Of a stretch of DNA of 64,000 nt, positions 1 through 9,304 are shown piece after piece. Position numbers and translations under genes: made by a program. Source of the DNA: Candidatus Bathyarchaeia archaeon. Lineage in GTDB: Archaea; Thermoproteota; CALKCG01; B24. Each line of letters starts with the position of its first letter. The stretch's first letter is position 1. Under the pieces are notes generated by a model that was given only the letters and a program-made list of their open reading frames with translations, made no database searches and had not been told where the DNA came from. The stretch is from contig JAVZJD010000001.1 of the NCBI GenBank assembly GCA_038870975.1, forward strand, positions 64,001-128,000, read 5' to 3'.

Positions 1-844
1 CATTGAAGCAGACAATACTTCCATCCGCTCCAAAGAGTCCGGCTAAAAAGTTTCTCTTAATCCAGGATTGAGCATTCTTAATCCACTCGGGGATACGGTA
101 AGCTTGCTTCGTCTTCTTTCCAATAGGCATTCCAAGCTTATGCATAAGGATTGAGAAGGCTCTAGACGTAACCTTAACCATAGAATCTGTACAGTGACTC
201 TCATACAAGCTATTCCACGCAGTTTTTATACGAACCCTTCTTTTCCTCATATATATCTTCGACGGTTTAACTCCAAGTTTTTTGAGGTCTTTTATGATCT
301 CCTTAAGTTCCTCGGCTTCTCCGTGGAAGCTTAAAACTAGTCTCTTTCCTCTTGCTAAGTGTAGAGAACCATCCCCCAAGGCATATCCAAAGAGTCTAGC
401 GAGTAAACCAACTTTAGGATCGCTAAGTCGCAATGGAATAAGACCCCTCTTTTTAAGATAGGTAAGTATCTGGTGATCGCATTCTCTAAAATCTCCATCA
501 TCTAGTAGTACATGATCATCTACGCTATATTCTACACCTTCAAAGGGATATACAATAACATGGTCGCCTTCTTTAATCTCCTCCAAGTTTTTATAGCCTT
601 CAGGTGTAAGGATCGGGTGGTCTCTACTTCCTTCAATCACCCGGCCACCTTCAGTTACTATCTGGATTGCAAATTCTCCAGGTTCAACGCTTCTCTCAGC
701 GACAAAAGCGATATTAGAGGAGTCGTTATGCCCCTCTTCTACATCATAGACTTTAAGACTTTGATTGCAGATTTTTTTCGAAATTTCCTCTATTCTCAAC
801 CAGTATCCGTACTCAGTCAAAACTACTGAATTGGGAGCAAGACA
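1..844 (-). mobile_element. Intein with LAGLIDADG homing endonuclease inserted in RtcB (partial)
   Basis: After GYDIN the frame continues [13 protein letters not shown] (block A), GSRDHPILT (block B His), [15 protein letters not shown] and [12 protein letters not shown] (two LAGLIDADG motifs) instead of the RtcB continuation. Confidence 0.92.
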
Positions 845-1171
845 ATTGATATCGTAGCCGACTCCGCCTGGGCTTACGACTCCCGTCTCAGCGTCGAAGG
901 CGCCAACTCCTCCTATTGGGAAGCCGTATCCTTCATGTCCGTCTGGTAGGGTGATGCTGTACTTGTAGATGCCTGGCATTGTTGCTACGTTTGCACATTG
1001 GATGAGTGTTCTATCAGAACGCATCTTCTCTAGAAGTTTTTCATCCGCAAGTACTAAACCTGGGACCGACATTTCTGGTTTGAAAGACTCTGGAATACGC
1101 CACATGTATTCGTTTATCCTCTGTAATGGAACACCATATGAAGTTTCACCAGAATATCCTTCTTCGCCCAA
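1..1171 (-). CDS. rtcB: RNA-splicing ligase RtcB, intein-containing (5' part; runs off the window's left edge)
   Basis: Not in the ORF track. Manual minus-strand translation from TTG at 1171 (SD GGAGGTG at 1178-1184) gives ...[33 protein letters not shown]...[12 protein letters not shown], the RtcB N-terminal signature. The frame stays open to base 1. Confidence 0.95.
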   Translation of the reverse strand, partial: MGEEGYSGETSYGVPLQRINEYMWRIPESFKPEMSVPGLVLADEKLLEKMRSDRTLIQCANVATMPGIYKYSITLPDGHEGYGFPIGGVGAFDAETGVVSPGGVGYDINCLAPNSVVLTEYGYWLRIEEISKKICNQSLKVYDVEEGHNDSSNIAFVAERSVEPGEFAIQIVTEGGRVIEGSRDHPILTPEGYKNLEEIKEGDHVIVYPFEGVEYSVDDHVLLDDGDFRECDHQILTYLKKRGLIPLRLSDPKVGLLARLFGYALGDGSLHLARGKRLVLSFHGEAEELKEIIKDLKKLGVKPSKIYMRKRRVRIKTAWNSLYESHCTDSMVKVTSRAFSILMHKLGMPIGKKTKQAYRIPEWIKNAQSWIKRNFLAGLFGADGSIVCFN

Positions 1172-1280
1172 TTGTAACACCTCCTAAGGGAGCATCTGTC
1201 GGTCTCCCTCCAGAAGAAGAGAGAGTCCTACATTAGGAGTATTAAAATCACTCTAATAAACGTTTGGACAACACCTGATC

Positions 1281-1538
1281 CTATAAACCATCAAACTGTT
1301 TTTGTTTAAAGATGGTAGAATGCATTGCGATGAATTCTAACGCATATATGGTTTTCTGTGATATTGTAAGACCTATTTCAGCTGAAATAGGTCTTACATA
1401 AAGACTTGATGAAACTATTAGAATTTCTTCTCCGCCTTTCCAAGCGATTGCTGCAAGTTGACCGTTTTGATAAACTACGGCAGGCTCTAGTGGAATGACC
1501 CCTCTATCACATTGAAAAATGATGTGTCTTTTTCCCAC
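1281..1538 (-). CDS. Small hypothetical protein or gene remnant
   Basis: 85-aa ORF filling an intergenic gap; no recognisable motif. Confidence 0.3.
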   Translation of the reverse strand: MGKRHIIFQCDRGVIPLEPAVVYQNGQLAAIAWKGGEEILIVSSSLYVRPISAEIGLTISQKTIYALEFIAMHSTIFKQKQFDGL

Positions 1539-1607
1539 TTGAAGCTTCTAGGTTTTCTTGAGAGAAACTTTAGATTTTAGTTTCTAATTCTAATTTCATG
1601 GTTTAAA

Positions 1608-2282
1608 ATGAAGCTTATTGAGGAAACTACGTTTAGAGAAAGGCTTTACGTGTTTAGAGACAGATACCATGCTGGGGAGCTACTTGCAGAAAAACTCAGA
1701 GAGTATAAGGGTACAGATGCTTATGTTTTGGCTATTCCAGCTGGGGGTGTTCCCGTCGGTTATGTTATCTCTAAACGCTTAGGATTGCCACTCGACGTAA
1801 TCATCGTAAGGAAAATACATATTCCATGGAATCAAGAGGCTGGTTTCGGCGCCGTAACTTTCGATGGAATAGTCATATTTAATGAGCCGTTACTTCGAAT
1901 ACTAGGCTTAACTAGAGAAGAGGTTGATCGATGTATTGAAGTTGAAAAGGAAGCTATTGAGAAAAGGTTAAAATTCATAAGAGGAGATAGGCCTTTTCCC
2001 GACGTAGTAAACAGAACCGTAATTCTCGTTGACGATGGAATTGCTTCAGGATATACCATGCTTTCAGCAGTAAAATCCGTTATGAACCGGAGACCTAATA
2101 AGATTGTTGTAGCTACTCCGACAGGATCTGAAAGTGCTATTGAGCTTTTAAAGCCTTGGGTAGATGAAATCGTTTGCTTAAACGTTCGGACAGGGCCTGT
2201 TTTTGCAGTCGCAGATGCTTACGAAATCTGGTATGATATAACAGATGAAGAAGTTGCGAAGATTTTAAAAGCTATTGACTGA
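1608..2282 (+). CDS. Phosphoribosyltransferase family protein (COG1926-like)
   Basis: FRDRYHAG, IPAGGVPVG and PRPP-binding VILVDDGIASGYTM motifs. Confidence 0.9.
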   Translation: MKLIEETTFRERLYVFRDRYHAGELLAEKLREYKGTDAYVLAIPAGGVPVGYVISKRLGLPLDVIIVRKIHIPWNQEAGFGAVTFDGIVIFNEPLLRILGLTREEVDRCIEVEKEAIEKRLKFIRGDRPFPDVVNRTVILVDDGIASGYTMLSAVKSVMNRRPNKIVVATPTGSESAIELLKPWVDEIVCLNVRTGPVFAVADAYEIWYDITDEEVAKILKAID

Positions 2283-2543
2283 GTTTATTTTCTCCTATAG
2301 ACCGTGAAATTTTAAGAGGCGAAAAGCTTGGAATAGGCGTCATAGCTATAAGCCTTTTAACGTAAGAGCCTGTGAGGAGTATAGATTCCCTATGAACCAT
2401 TCTACTATCATTTCCTTACCCACAAGGTAATACTTATCCACAAGTAAATAGTGGGATTGGCGATTGAGGAATGTTGCTAATTCCTTTTAAGCATGCATGT
2501 AGTACTGAAGGAAGCGGTCGAATAATGGTTTAAGCTTGGGTTT

Positions 2544-3563
2544 TCAAAATAAGTGGAAATAGAATTCTCTAGGTTTGAGTTCTTCGAATTCTCCATGGTC
2601 TATGAGGAATCTGCGTATGTCTAAGCATAGGTGACATTTAGAAACGTATCCTTCTTCCGACTCTTTAAAGCCAAGCTTTTTAGCGAATTGAAGCAGTCCT
2701 CTAAAGTCTTGGTTTACTAGGAATTTTAAGATTGGTTTTTCATCTAAGTTTAATCCATCTCTTAAAATCTCATCCAGTTTTCGACAGTCGCCTAGAGATA
2801 TCCCACTGCAGTATCCAGGGAGGAAGTTTCCATAGCAGTCGAAGTGGTTATGCCATTCTCTTAGGAAAGGCGGCCAGCATAATTGGTCTAGGAAGTGGTC
2901 AGCTGGATGCCTAGGGTAGAAGTCTTTAAGCTTATAGACTGCTCTACCCATTAGAAGTATTTCAGCATTTCTCGCCAGATTTTCACCCTTTGACATTTCA
3001 AGATAGTCTTCAAGTTTAAGACGCCCTTTAACTCCAAGTTTCTTAAAAATTAGGTAGTAGTTTAACTGGTAGACCATTACGTTTCTCCCGAATATTTCAC
3101 GGCTAATCCTAATGGCTCTCTCTGTTCTCTCAAAAGGCACATATTCCAAGTAGTACGGATTGACTGAGATCAAAATCCCCTTCAACCCAACTTCCTTTAG
3201 AAGCTTCAGCTTTTCTCTGACAGTTTTATCGTCGAGCGCCCAGTAGCAGTTTGTTTCAACAAATGTTGAAGGGATTTTTAACCGCTCGGCTGTTTCAACT
3301 GCTTTCAATAGTAGTTCGAAGTTTAGAAATGGCTCTCCCCCTGTGAAATGGAGACCGTAGTTTAGACTTACGCTATCTGGTCCGTATGGGCTTGGAGCTA
3401 TCTTACCAGCTAGTTGACGTAGTATCTCCTCGAGAACCTCCTCGGATATCCAATGTCTCCATCTCGGCGAGCAGGCATACATACAGTACCGGCATTCGGC
3501 AGTACACTGATATGAGAGTATTAAGCCTCCAGATATTGGAATGGGTAATTTTACTCTTCCCAA
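2544..3563 (-). CDS. Radical SAM protein
   Basis: CTAECRYC (CxxxCxxC), FTGGEPF, ETN motif and C-terminal CHLC. Confidence 0.9.
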   Translation of the reverse strand: MGRVKLPIPISGGLILSYQCTAECRYCMYACSPRWRHWISEEVLEEILRQLAGKIAPSPYGPDSVSLNYGLHFTGGEPFLNFELLLKAVETAERLKIPSTFVETNCYWALDDKTVREKLKLLKEVGLKGILISVNPYYLEYVPFERTERAIRISREIFGRNVMVYQLNYYLIFKKLGVKGRLKLEDYLEMSKGENLARNAEILLMGRAVYKLKDFYPRHPADHFLDQLCWPPFLREWHNHFDCYGNFLPGYCSGISLGDCRKLDEILRDGLNLDEKPILKFLVNQDFRGLLQFAKKLGFKESEEGYVSKCHLCLDIRRFLIDHGEFEELKPREFYFHLF

Positions 3564-3696
3564 ATCTTACACCACCGTTTAACCTTCACCTCTATGTACG
3601 AATAGTAGGTGAGGGGGTAATTAAGATGGTGGACTTATTATCGCTATAGTTCACCCGAAAACAATATATTAATGTAGTCGTTATTATCGGAAGGTC

Positions 3697-4119
3697 ATGC
3701 TAAGGGTTATTTCAAAGAGCCGGGTGAAATCTCCTTGGATATTTCACTTGAACACCGGATCGTGCAATGGATGCGATATTGAAATAGTTGCCGCTTTAAC
3801 ACCCCGCTACGACGTTGAACGTTTAGGATGTGTACTTGTCGGCTCACCACGGCATGCAGATGTTCTACTTTTGACTGGACCATTAACTCGTCAGATGTTC
3901 CCCCGAGTCATAAGGGTTTACGAGCAGGTACCAGAGCCTAAAGCTGTTGTCGCAGTGGGAACATGTGCAACATCTGGAGGAGTGTTTAGCGGAAGCTACT
4001 CAATCGAGGGGCCACTAGATAGAGTAATTCCAGTAGATGTTTATGTTGTAGGTTGCCCTCCTAGACCCGAGGCAATAGTTAAAGGGGTTGTTGAAGCCGT
4101 GAAGAAAAAGTTTGGGTGA
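3697..4119 (+). CDS. Group 4 [NiFe]-hydrogenase small subunit (NuoB/EchC/MbhJ-like), locus 1
   Basis: SCNGCDIE, SPRHAD, GTCATSGG and GCPPRP motifs. Confidence 0.93.
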   Translation: MLRVISKSRVKSPWIFHLNTGSCNGCDIEIVAALTPRYDVERLGCVLVGSPRHADVLLLTGPLTRQMFPRVIRVYEQVPEPKAVVAVGTCATSGGVFSGSYSIEGPLDRVIPVDVYVVGCPPRPEAIVKGVVEAVKKKFG

Positions 4120-4125
4120 AAAATT

Positions 4126-5343
4126 ATGTCTGATGAATTGAAAGAGGTTGAATACAAGGAGTTTACTAGGTTTGCATTACCCGTAGGTCCCGTACATCCG
4201 TCGCTTAAAGAGCCAATTCATCTTAAAGTGGTCGTTAGTAGGGAGGAAATCCTAGATGTCGACTTACGCTTAGGCCATGCGCATAGAGGGGTAGAAGCCT
4301 TAGCTGAAACTAGGAATTTAATTCAAAACCTCTATCTCATAGAGCGTATATGTGGAATATGCTCCCACAGCCATACGACATGCTTCGTTCAAGCCGTTGA
4401 GGAAATAGGGGGAATCAAGCCTTCAGAGAGAGCGCTATACCTTAGAACGTTAATATTTGAGCTGGAACGTATACATAGCCATCTTTTACTGCTCGGTGTT
4501 ATGGCTTATCAAATTGGATTCGACACGCTCTTCATGTATACTTGGACCGTCCGTGAGAAGGTCTTAGACATATTCGAGGAGGTTACTGGCAATAGAATCC
4601 TCCACTCCATGAACATCATCGGAGGGGTACGCTGGGATCTTACCGACAAAATGATGGAGAAGCTTGCGAAAACGATGGATGAAGTAGAAAAGGATGTACA
4701 TAACATTTACAGCTTTTTCAAAGATAAGACCGTTGAAAAAAGGCTTTCAAACGTTGGTTTTCTCAGCTACGATGATGCGAGGGAGCTCTGTTTAGTTGGT
4801 CCCACTGCTAGAGGCTCGGGGTTAACGTTCGACGTCCGTAAAGACGACCCATATGCTGCTTACAGTGATTTAAAAGACAGCTTCTCCGTAATTTCGAGAA
4901 AAGAAGGCGATGCCTATGCCAGGGTAGAAGTTAGAATTTTAGAACTATTTGAAGCATTAAATTTAACACGTACAATCATCGACAGACTTCCAAATGGTCC
5001 AATATCTCCGAAGGAGAGCGCAATAAGACTGATGAGTAAAATACCCGTAGGCGAGGCTGTTTCAAGGGTTGAAGCTCCACGCGGTGAGCTACTCTACTTC
5101 GTCAGAACCGATGGGAGGGGAGGGATTAAACGTCTGAAAGTACGAACGCCAACGCTAGCCAATATAATAGGCTTGAAGAGGATGCTCGTAGGATGTGAGG
5201 TGGCCGATATACCGGTTGTTTTAGCCTCGATAGACCCGTGTATAAGTTGCACTAACCGCGTAACGATAATTGATCAGAGAAGCCCTGATATTAAAGTTGT
5301 TAGTATGGAAGAGTTGCGGAGGTTGAAGCTATGCTCACTCTAA
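4126..5343 (+). CDS. Group 4 [NiFe]-hydrogenase large subunit, locus 1
   Basis: L1 ERICGICSHSH and L2 DPCISCTNR Ni-binding motifs, followed by a C-terminal extension. Confidence 0.93.
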   Translation: MSDELKEVEYKEFTRFALPVGPVHPSLKEPIHLKVVVSREEILDVDLRLGHAHRGVEALAETRNLIQNLYLIERICGICSHSHTTCFVQAVEEIGGIKPSERALYLRTLIFELERIHSHLLLLGVMAYQIGFDTLFMYTWTVREKVLDIFEEVTGNRILHSMNIIGGVRWDLTDKMMEKLAKTMDEVEKDVHNIYSFFKDKTVEKRLSNVGFLSYDDARELCLVGPTARGSGLTFDVRKDDPYAAYSDLKDSFSVISRKEGDAYARVEVRILELFEALNLTRTIIDRLPNGPISPKESAIRLMSKIPVGEAVSRVEAPRGELLYFVRTDGRGGIKRLKVRTPTLANIIGLKRMLVGCEVADIPVVLASIDPCISCTNRVTIIDQRSPDIKVVSMEELRRLKLCSL

Positions 5344-6281
5344 TAGCACTTTTAATAATGCTTCCGTTGGTGTTCTTCTTCAGTCTATTCTTTGAAGGAA
5401 TCGACAGGAAGATCCATGCAAGAATGCAGTGGAGAATAGGTCCTCCAATAATACAACCGTTTTACGATTTTATTAAATTGTTCTGTAAAGAAAGGATAAC
5501 TCCTTCAACTGCGGCTCGTGGAATATTTAGTAGCGCTCCTTTAATCGCTGCGTCTTCCTCAGTACTTGGAGCCTCTATATTGCTAGCCAGCATAATTACC
5601 GAGGCAAATGTTGCTGGCGATTTAATCCTGGTTTTATATCTACTGGCAACTTCTTCCATCCTCATAATGGTGGGAGGCTCATCTTCTGGAAATCCATACG
5701 GAGCTATAGGATTCTCAAGAAAGGCTACATTATTCATCTGTTGCGAACTGCCGATGCTCATATCAATCATGTCAATAAGTGTAAAGTCTAACCTGACCAT
5801 ATCGTATTACGATATTATTCTAACTCAACTGCAAGCTAGATCCTGCTTTGCATTAACCAGCTTAAGCTCATTTATAGCGGCGCTGAGTTTCCTGCTATGC
5901 ATACCTGCCGTAGTTGGAGTTGTACCGTTTGACATTCCAGAGGCGAAGACTGAGATAGTTTATGGTCCATTAATCGAATACGGTGGTCCCTATCTGGCTC
6001 TGCTAAGATTGGCTAAGGATTCTACGAGCTTTCTATTAGCGTTTCTAGCATCCACAATCTTCTTCTACCCTATAGCTTTTCTTGAACATTCGTTTTCGTT
6101 AAGCGGGTGGACAGTATTAGGCATATGCATATTTACTTCTCTAATCGTCATGCTGATAACTATAACAATTCCAAGGACTATATTCGCCCGTTTGAAGATA
6201 GGTCAAGCATTCCGCTTCTACTGCATCTTTCCACTTCCCCTGGCCACTATTTCACTTCTCCTATCTTTCATGGGGATATGA
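5331..6281 (+). CDS. Membrane subunit NuoH/HycD/MbhM-like
   Basis: DRKIHARMQWRIGPPIIQPFYDFIKL, PFDIPEAKTE and EYGG motifs; multiple TM segments. Confidence 0.92.
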   Translation: MLTLIALLIMLPLVFFFSLFFEGIDRKIHARMQWRIGPPIIQPFYDFIKLFCKERITPSTAARGIFSSAPLIAASSSVLGASILLASIITEANVAGDLILVLYLLATSSILIMVGGSSSGNPYGAIGFSRKATLFICCELPMLISIMSISVKSNLTISYYDIILTQLQARSCFALTSLSSFIAALSFLLCIPAVVGVVPFDIPEAKTEIVYGPLIEYGGPYLALLRLAKDSTSFLLAFLASTIFFYPIAFLEHSFSLSGWTVLGICIFTSLIVMLITITIPRTIFARLKIGQAFRFYCIFPLPLATISLLLSFMGI

Positions 6282-6294
6282 TGGGGGGTCGAGG

Positions 6295-6633
6295 ATGAAA
6301 CTCGGGGAAATTTTGAAAGAGACTTTTAAATCACTCTTTAGGAAGCCAGTTACAGTGCAGTATCTTACTAAGCCTGGCGAGGTGGTTCCAGTTCCAGAGC
6401 GATATAGGGGCAAGATTATCTATGATAAGGATACGTGCATCGGATGTTTGCTCTGCATAAGAACATGTCCGTCTGGTGCTATAACCGTAGCTGAAGAAGG
6501 GAAAGTATCTTTTAACATCGACCGGTGTATCTTCTGCGGACAGTGTGGAGACACGTGCCCTAGAAAAGCTGTGAAGGTCTCTTTAAACTTTGAAATCGTA
6601 GTTTACACGAGAGAGGGTTTAATCGTCAAGTAG
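6295..6633 (+). CDS. 2[4Fe-4S] subunit NuoI/EchF/MbhN-like
   Basis: Two CxxCxxCxxxCP motifs preceded by YRGK. Confidence 0.92.
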   Translation: MKLGEILKETFKSLFRKPVTVQYLTKPGEVVPVPERYRGKIIYDKDTCIGCLLCIRTCPSGAITVAEEGKVSFNIDRCIFCGQCGDTCPRKAVKVSLNFEIVVYTREGLIVK

Positions 6634-6691
6634 TGAAATACTTAAATGAGGGGGTTGAAATAACATATATTGCTAGATTGGTGGAGCGTTT

Positions 6692-7192
6692 TTGTCTAAG
6701 TGGAAGGAGATTGTAACTTTAACCCTGAAGGACATAATCTATCGGAATACTGAGCTTCCGCTACTTGAAGATCTACTTGTTGAAAAGTATGGGTTTAGAG
6801 TTGTTAGTGATAAAAAACAGGAGCTGTATGAATCGAAGGATGTTTTTCAAATGGATAGAGAGGAGGTTGTTTTTAAGGAGGAGGCTGATGCTTATATACT
6901 TACAGAGGAAGTTGAGAGAAAGTATTCCTTGCTGAAGGTTTTAGAAGGGATGTTCTCGGAGGCAAAAATCTCAATATACATAATGGGTGATGTTCTCTGT
7001 AGAGAAGATATAATAGAGGTTGGTGAGGGAGAGTGGCATCGAATATACACGGCAACGTATCAGATGATTAAATTGGTCAGTGTAAGTGGCTATTCAATAC
7101 AACAATTGATTGAGAGGTTAAAGAGCGACGTTGGGCTTAAAATTGGCTCAACAGAGTGGTCTTTCTATAGACGTATAGAGGCTGAGGCTTAG
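6692..7192 (+). CDS. Hypothetical protein between the two convergent halves of hydrogenase locus 1
   Basis: 166-aa acidic ORF with an upstream TATA-like sequence and GGAG; no motif recognised. Confidence 0.65.
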   Translation: MSKWKEIVTLTLKDIIYRNTELPLLEDLLVEKYGFRVVSDKKQELYESKDVFQMDREEVVFKEEADAYILTEEVERKYSLLKVLEGMFSEAKISIYIMGDVLCREDIIEVGEGEWHRIYTATYQMIKLVSVSGYSIQQLIERLKSDVGLKIGSTEWSFYRRIEAEA

Positions 7193-7195
7193 GCG

Positions 7196-8674
7196 CTAGG
7201 GCTGTTTGATAAGACTAAAGAGAATATTCGGCTGAATGCCCAATAGAATGGTTATAAGGGCTAGGATTAATGTTGGAAGCCACATTGCCCATGGGATGCC
7301 CTTCAAATTGTTTAAACCTTCTGTAGGCTGTCCCAGAAAAATCTGTTGGAAGGAACGTATTAGAATTACTAAAGAGACTATAGACATGCATATGAGAAGC
7401 ATCAGTATTGATAGTGAGAGCATAATTCCCACATGCGGGTATAGGAAGTTGTAGATTGCAGTATAGAGAATCCACTTAGCGTAGAAGCCGCTTAGAGGAG
7501 GAACCCCTGTTATCGAAAAAGCGCAGACAATGTAACTCCACGCCGTATTTTTCATTTTTCCAATTAAACCTCCGAGTGAATTCATATCACTAGTCTCAGT
7601 GGTTATTAGAACCGAACCGAGACATAGCACTAATCCAGCTTTCATCAACGATGAATTTACTAAGTAAAACTGTCCTGCTGTGAAACCGAAAGACGTAAAC
7701 AATCCAAATGGTAGAATCATATGTCCAAATTCCTCTATCGTACAGTAGGCAAACATACGCATGAAGTCTTTCTGGGGAAATGCCGATAAAACTCCAAAAA
7801 CTATACATATAAGCCCGATGCCTAAGAGCAGTAAGATGATTGTTTGAGACGGGTAGACGACGTAGAATGGATAGATCAACTTATGTAGGGTGAGTATGAA
7901 GGCTATCGGCTCTGCCGTGAAGAAACCGTTGATTGTCGGCGGAGAACCGGGGAGTATGTCGGGAACCCACCCGTGGAATGGAACAAGTCCTATGTCAGCA
8001 CCTAGACCGACGATGAAGCATGCAACAATGAGCATCACTAGACGGGGATTCTCCCTGAATAGTTCAGAGTTATCTACTATGGATGAAATGTGTGAGTTCT
8101 TCGTTAAAATGAAGACTGTGAGGATGCCTAGAAGAACGAATAATGCGCTGACTGCTGTGATGATTAAATATTTAAATGATGCTTCAGGGGACAGTTTACT
8201 TGGATTATGCACCACTAGTACTATTGAAACCCCTATTGTCATTTCAACAAATAAGAAGATTCCAAATATGTCATAGGAGAATAGAAGCCCCAACATACAT
8301 ACGAGGAAGAGAAGGACGAAGAAGTTGTACATGCTGGGTTTTAAACGGCCCCCCTTCTCAGCTTCAACATTGAAGATTGAAACCAAGAGGAAGATTAAGA
8401 CGATCCCCACTGCTCCAGCTATATTCGTCAAATCGACTTTAAGAGAGAATACGGGCGTCTCTAAAGCCTCGCCTGATAGAACGTAGGGAACCATCGTCAT
8501 GACTATCAATAGAGTCAAGCCTGTAGCGAATAGCAATGCTACTTTCTCAATCCTTCTAAAGAACGACTCAAGAAACCTAAATGGATAGGTGAATAAGCAT
8601 AAAAACCCTATGAAAGAAGGGACTACTAGAGATAGCAATGGAAGTAAAGAGTACGTCATCCATTCAACCTCCAC
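7196..8674 (-). CDS. Antiporter-like membrane subunit (MrpD/NuoN/HyfF family)
   Basis: EASFKYL, VPFHGWVPD and GVPPLSGFYAKW motifs; many TM helices. Confidence 0.9.
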   Translation of the reverse strand: MEVEWMTYSLLPLLSLVVPSFIGFLCLFTYPFRFLESFFRRIEKVALLFATGLTLLIVMTMVPYVLSGEALETPVFSLKVDLTNIAGAVGIVLIFLLVSIFNVEAEKGGRLKPSMYNFFVLLFLVCMLGLLFSYDIFGIFLFVEMTIGVSIVLVVHNPSKLSPEASFKYLIITAVSALFVLLGILTVFILTKNSHISSIVDNSELFRENPRLVMLIVACFIVGLGADIGLVPFHGWVPDILPGSPPTINGFFTAEPIAFILTLHKLIYPFYVVYPSQTIILLLLGIGLICIVFGVLSAFPQKDFMRMFAYCTIEEFGHMILPFGLFTSFGFTAGQFYLVNSSLMKAGLVLCLGSVLITTETSDMNSLGGLIGKMKNTAWSYIVCAFSITGVPPLSGFYAKWILYTAIYNFLYPHVGIMLSLSILMLLICMSIVSLVILIRSFQQIFLGQPTEGLNNLKGIPWAMWLPTLILALITILLGIQPNILFSLIKQP

Positions 8675-9300
8675 TTAGAGACTAGAGTAGCCCCATAATC
8701 ACGATAAGCCTCCATCACTACGAATATCCCTACGAGGTTAACAAAGACCATTAGACCAAGCATAAAGGGAACTAAGCTTATGGGACTTTCAGCAATCAAG
8801 GGATAGAGGGAGTTCTCAGCCATATTCAATCCCACGAGGATTTTCAATGGATCCTTCCTGTAGACTATGGGTATGCTGGAGAGCAAGAGCATGAGAGCTA
8901 CAAATGGAAGAACATTGAGTCCTTCTGGGAAGGTGTTTGAAAACCAATATCCTAACGTTAACCATAAAACTGCCAACACTACAATTGATATGACAACTTT
9001 TCTATCGTGAATTAAGGGTTTCTCCGAGACATCTTCGGTTTTAATCACACCCCAGTAGATGATTAGCGGACTTACAGCAGCAGATGTAAACCATTCAACG
9101 AAAGCCGCGAGAAAACTGATGAGGGCTTCCATATGTAAACCAGTTATCAACCCTAGGAGACAGTATACCAGCTCTACGAAACCTATGCTGGCGGCTTGTA
9201 AAGCTAAGAAAACTATCGCCCTCTTAGACGTATGGCTAAGCGCTCCTAATGCTGTGAAGAATGTAGATACTATTAGAGACGCTAGAATGGTTAATTCCAT
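8656..9300 (-). CDS. Membrane subunit, HyfE-like
   Basis: Hydrophobic 214 aa with a LKILVGLNMAENS motif, located between two antiporter-like genes. Confidence 0.7.
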   Translation of the reverse strand: MELTILASLIVSTFFTALGALSHTSKRAIVFLALQAASIGFVELVYCLLGLITGLHMEALISFLAAFVEWFTSAAVSPLIIYWGVIKTEDVSEKPLIHDRKVVISIVVLAVLWLTLGYWFSNTFPEGLNVLPFVALMLLLSSIPIVYRKDPLKILVGLNMAENSLYPLIAESPISLVPFMLGLMVFVNLVGIFVVMEAYRDYGATLVSKWRLNG

Positions 9301-9304
9301 AATC

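Noticed and set aside
512-1187. Plus-strand ORFs 512-829 and 969-1187
   Set aside because: Antisense shadows of rtcB and its intein.
2415-2445. TTATCCACA DnaA-box-like pair
   Set aside because: Archaeal genome with no origin context; likely chance.
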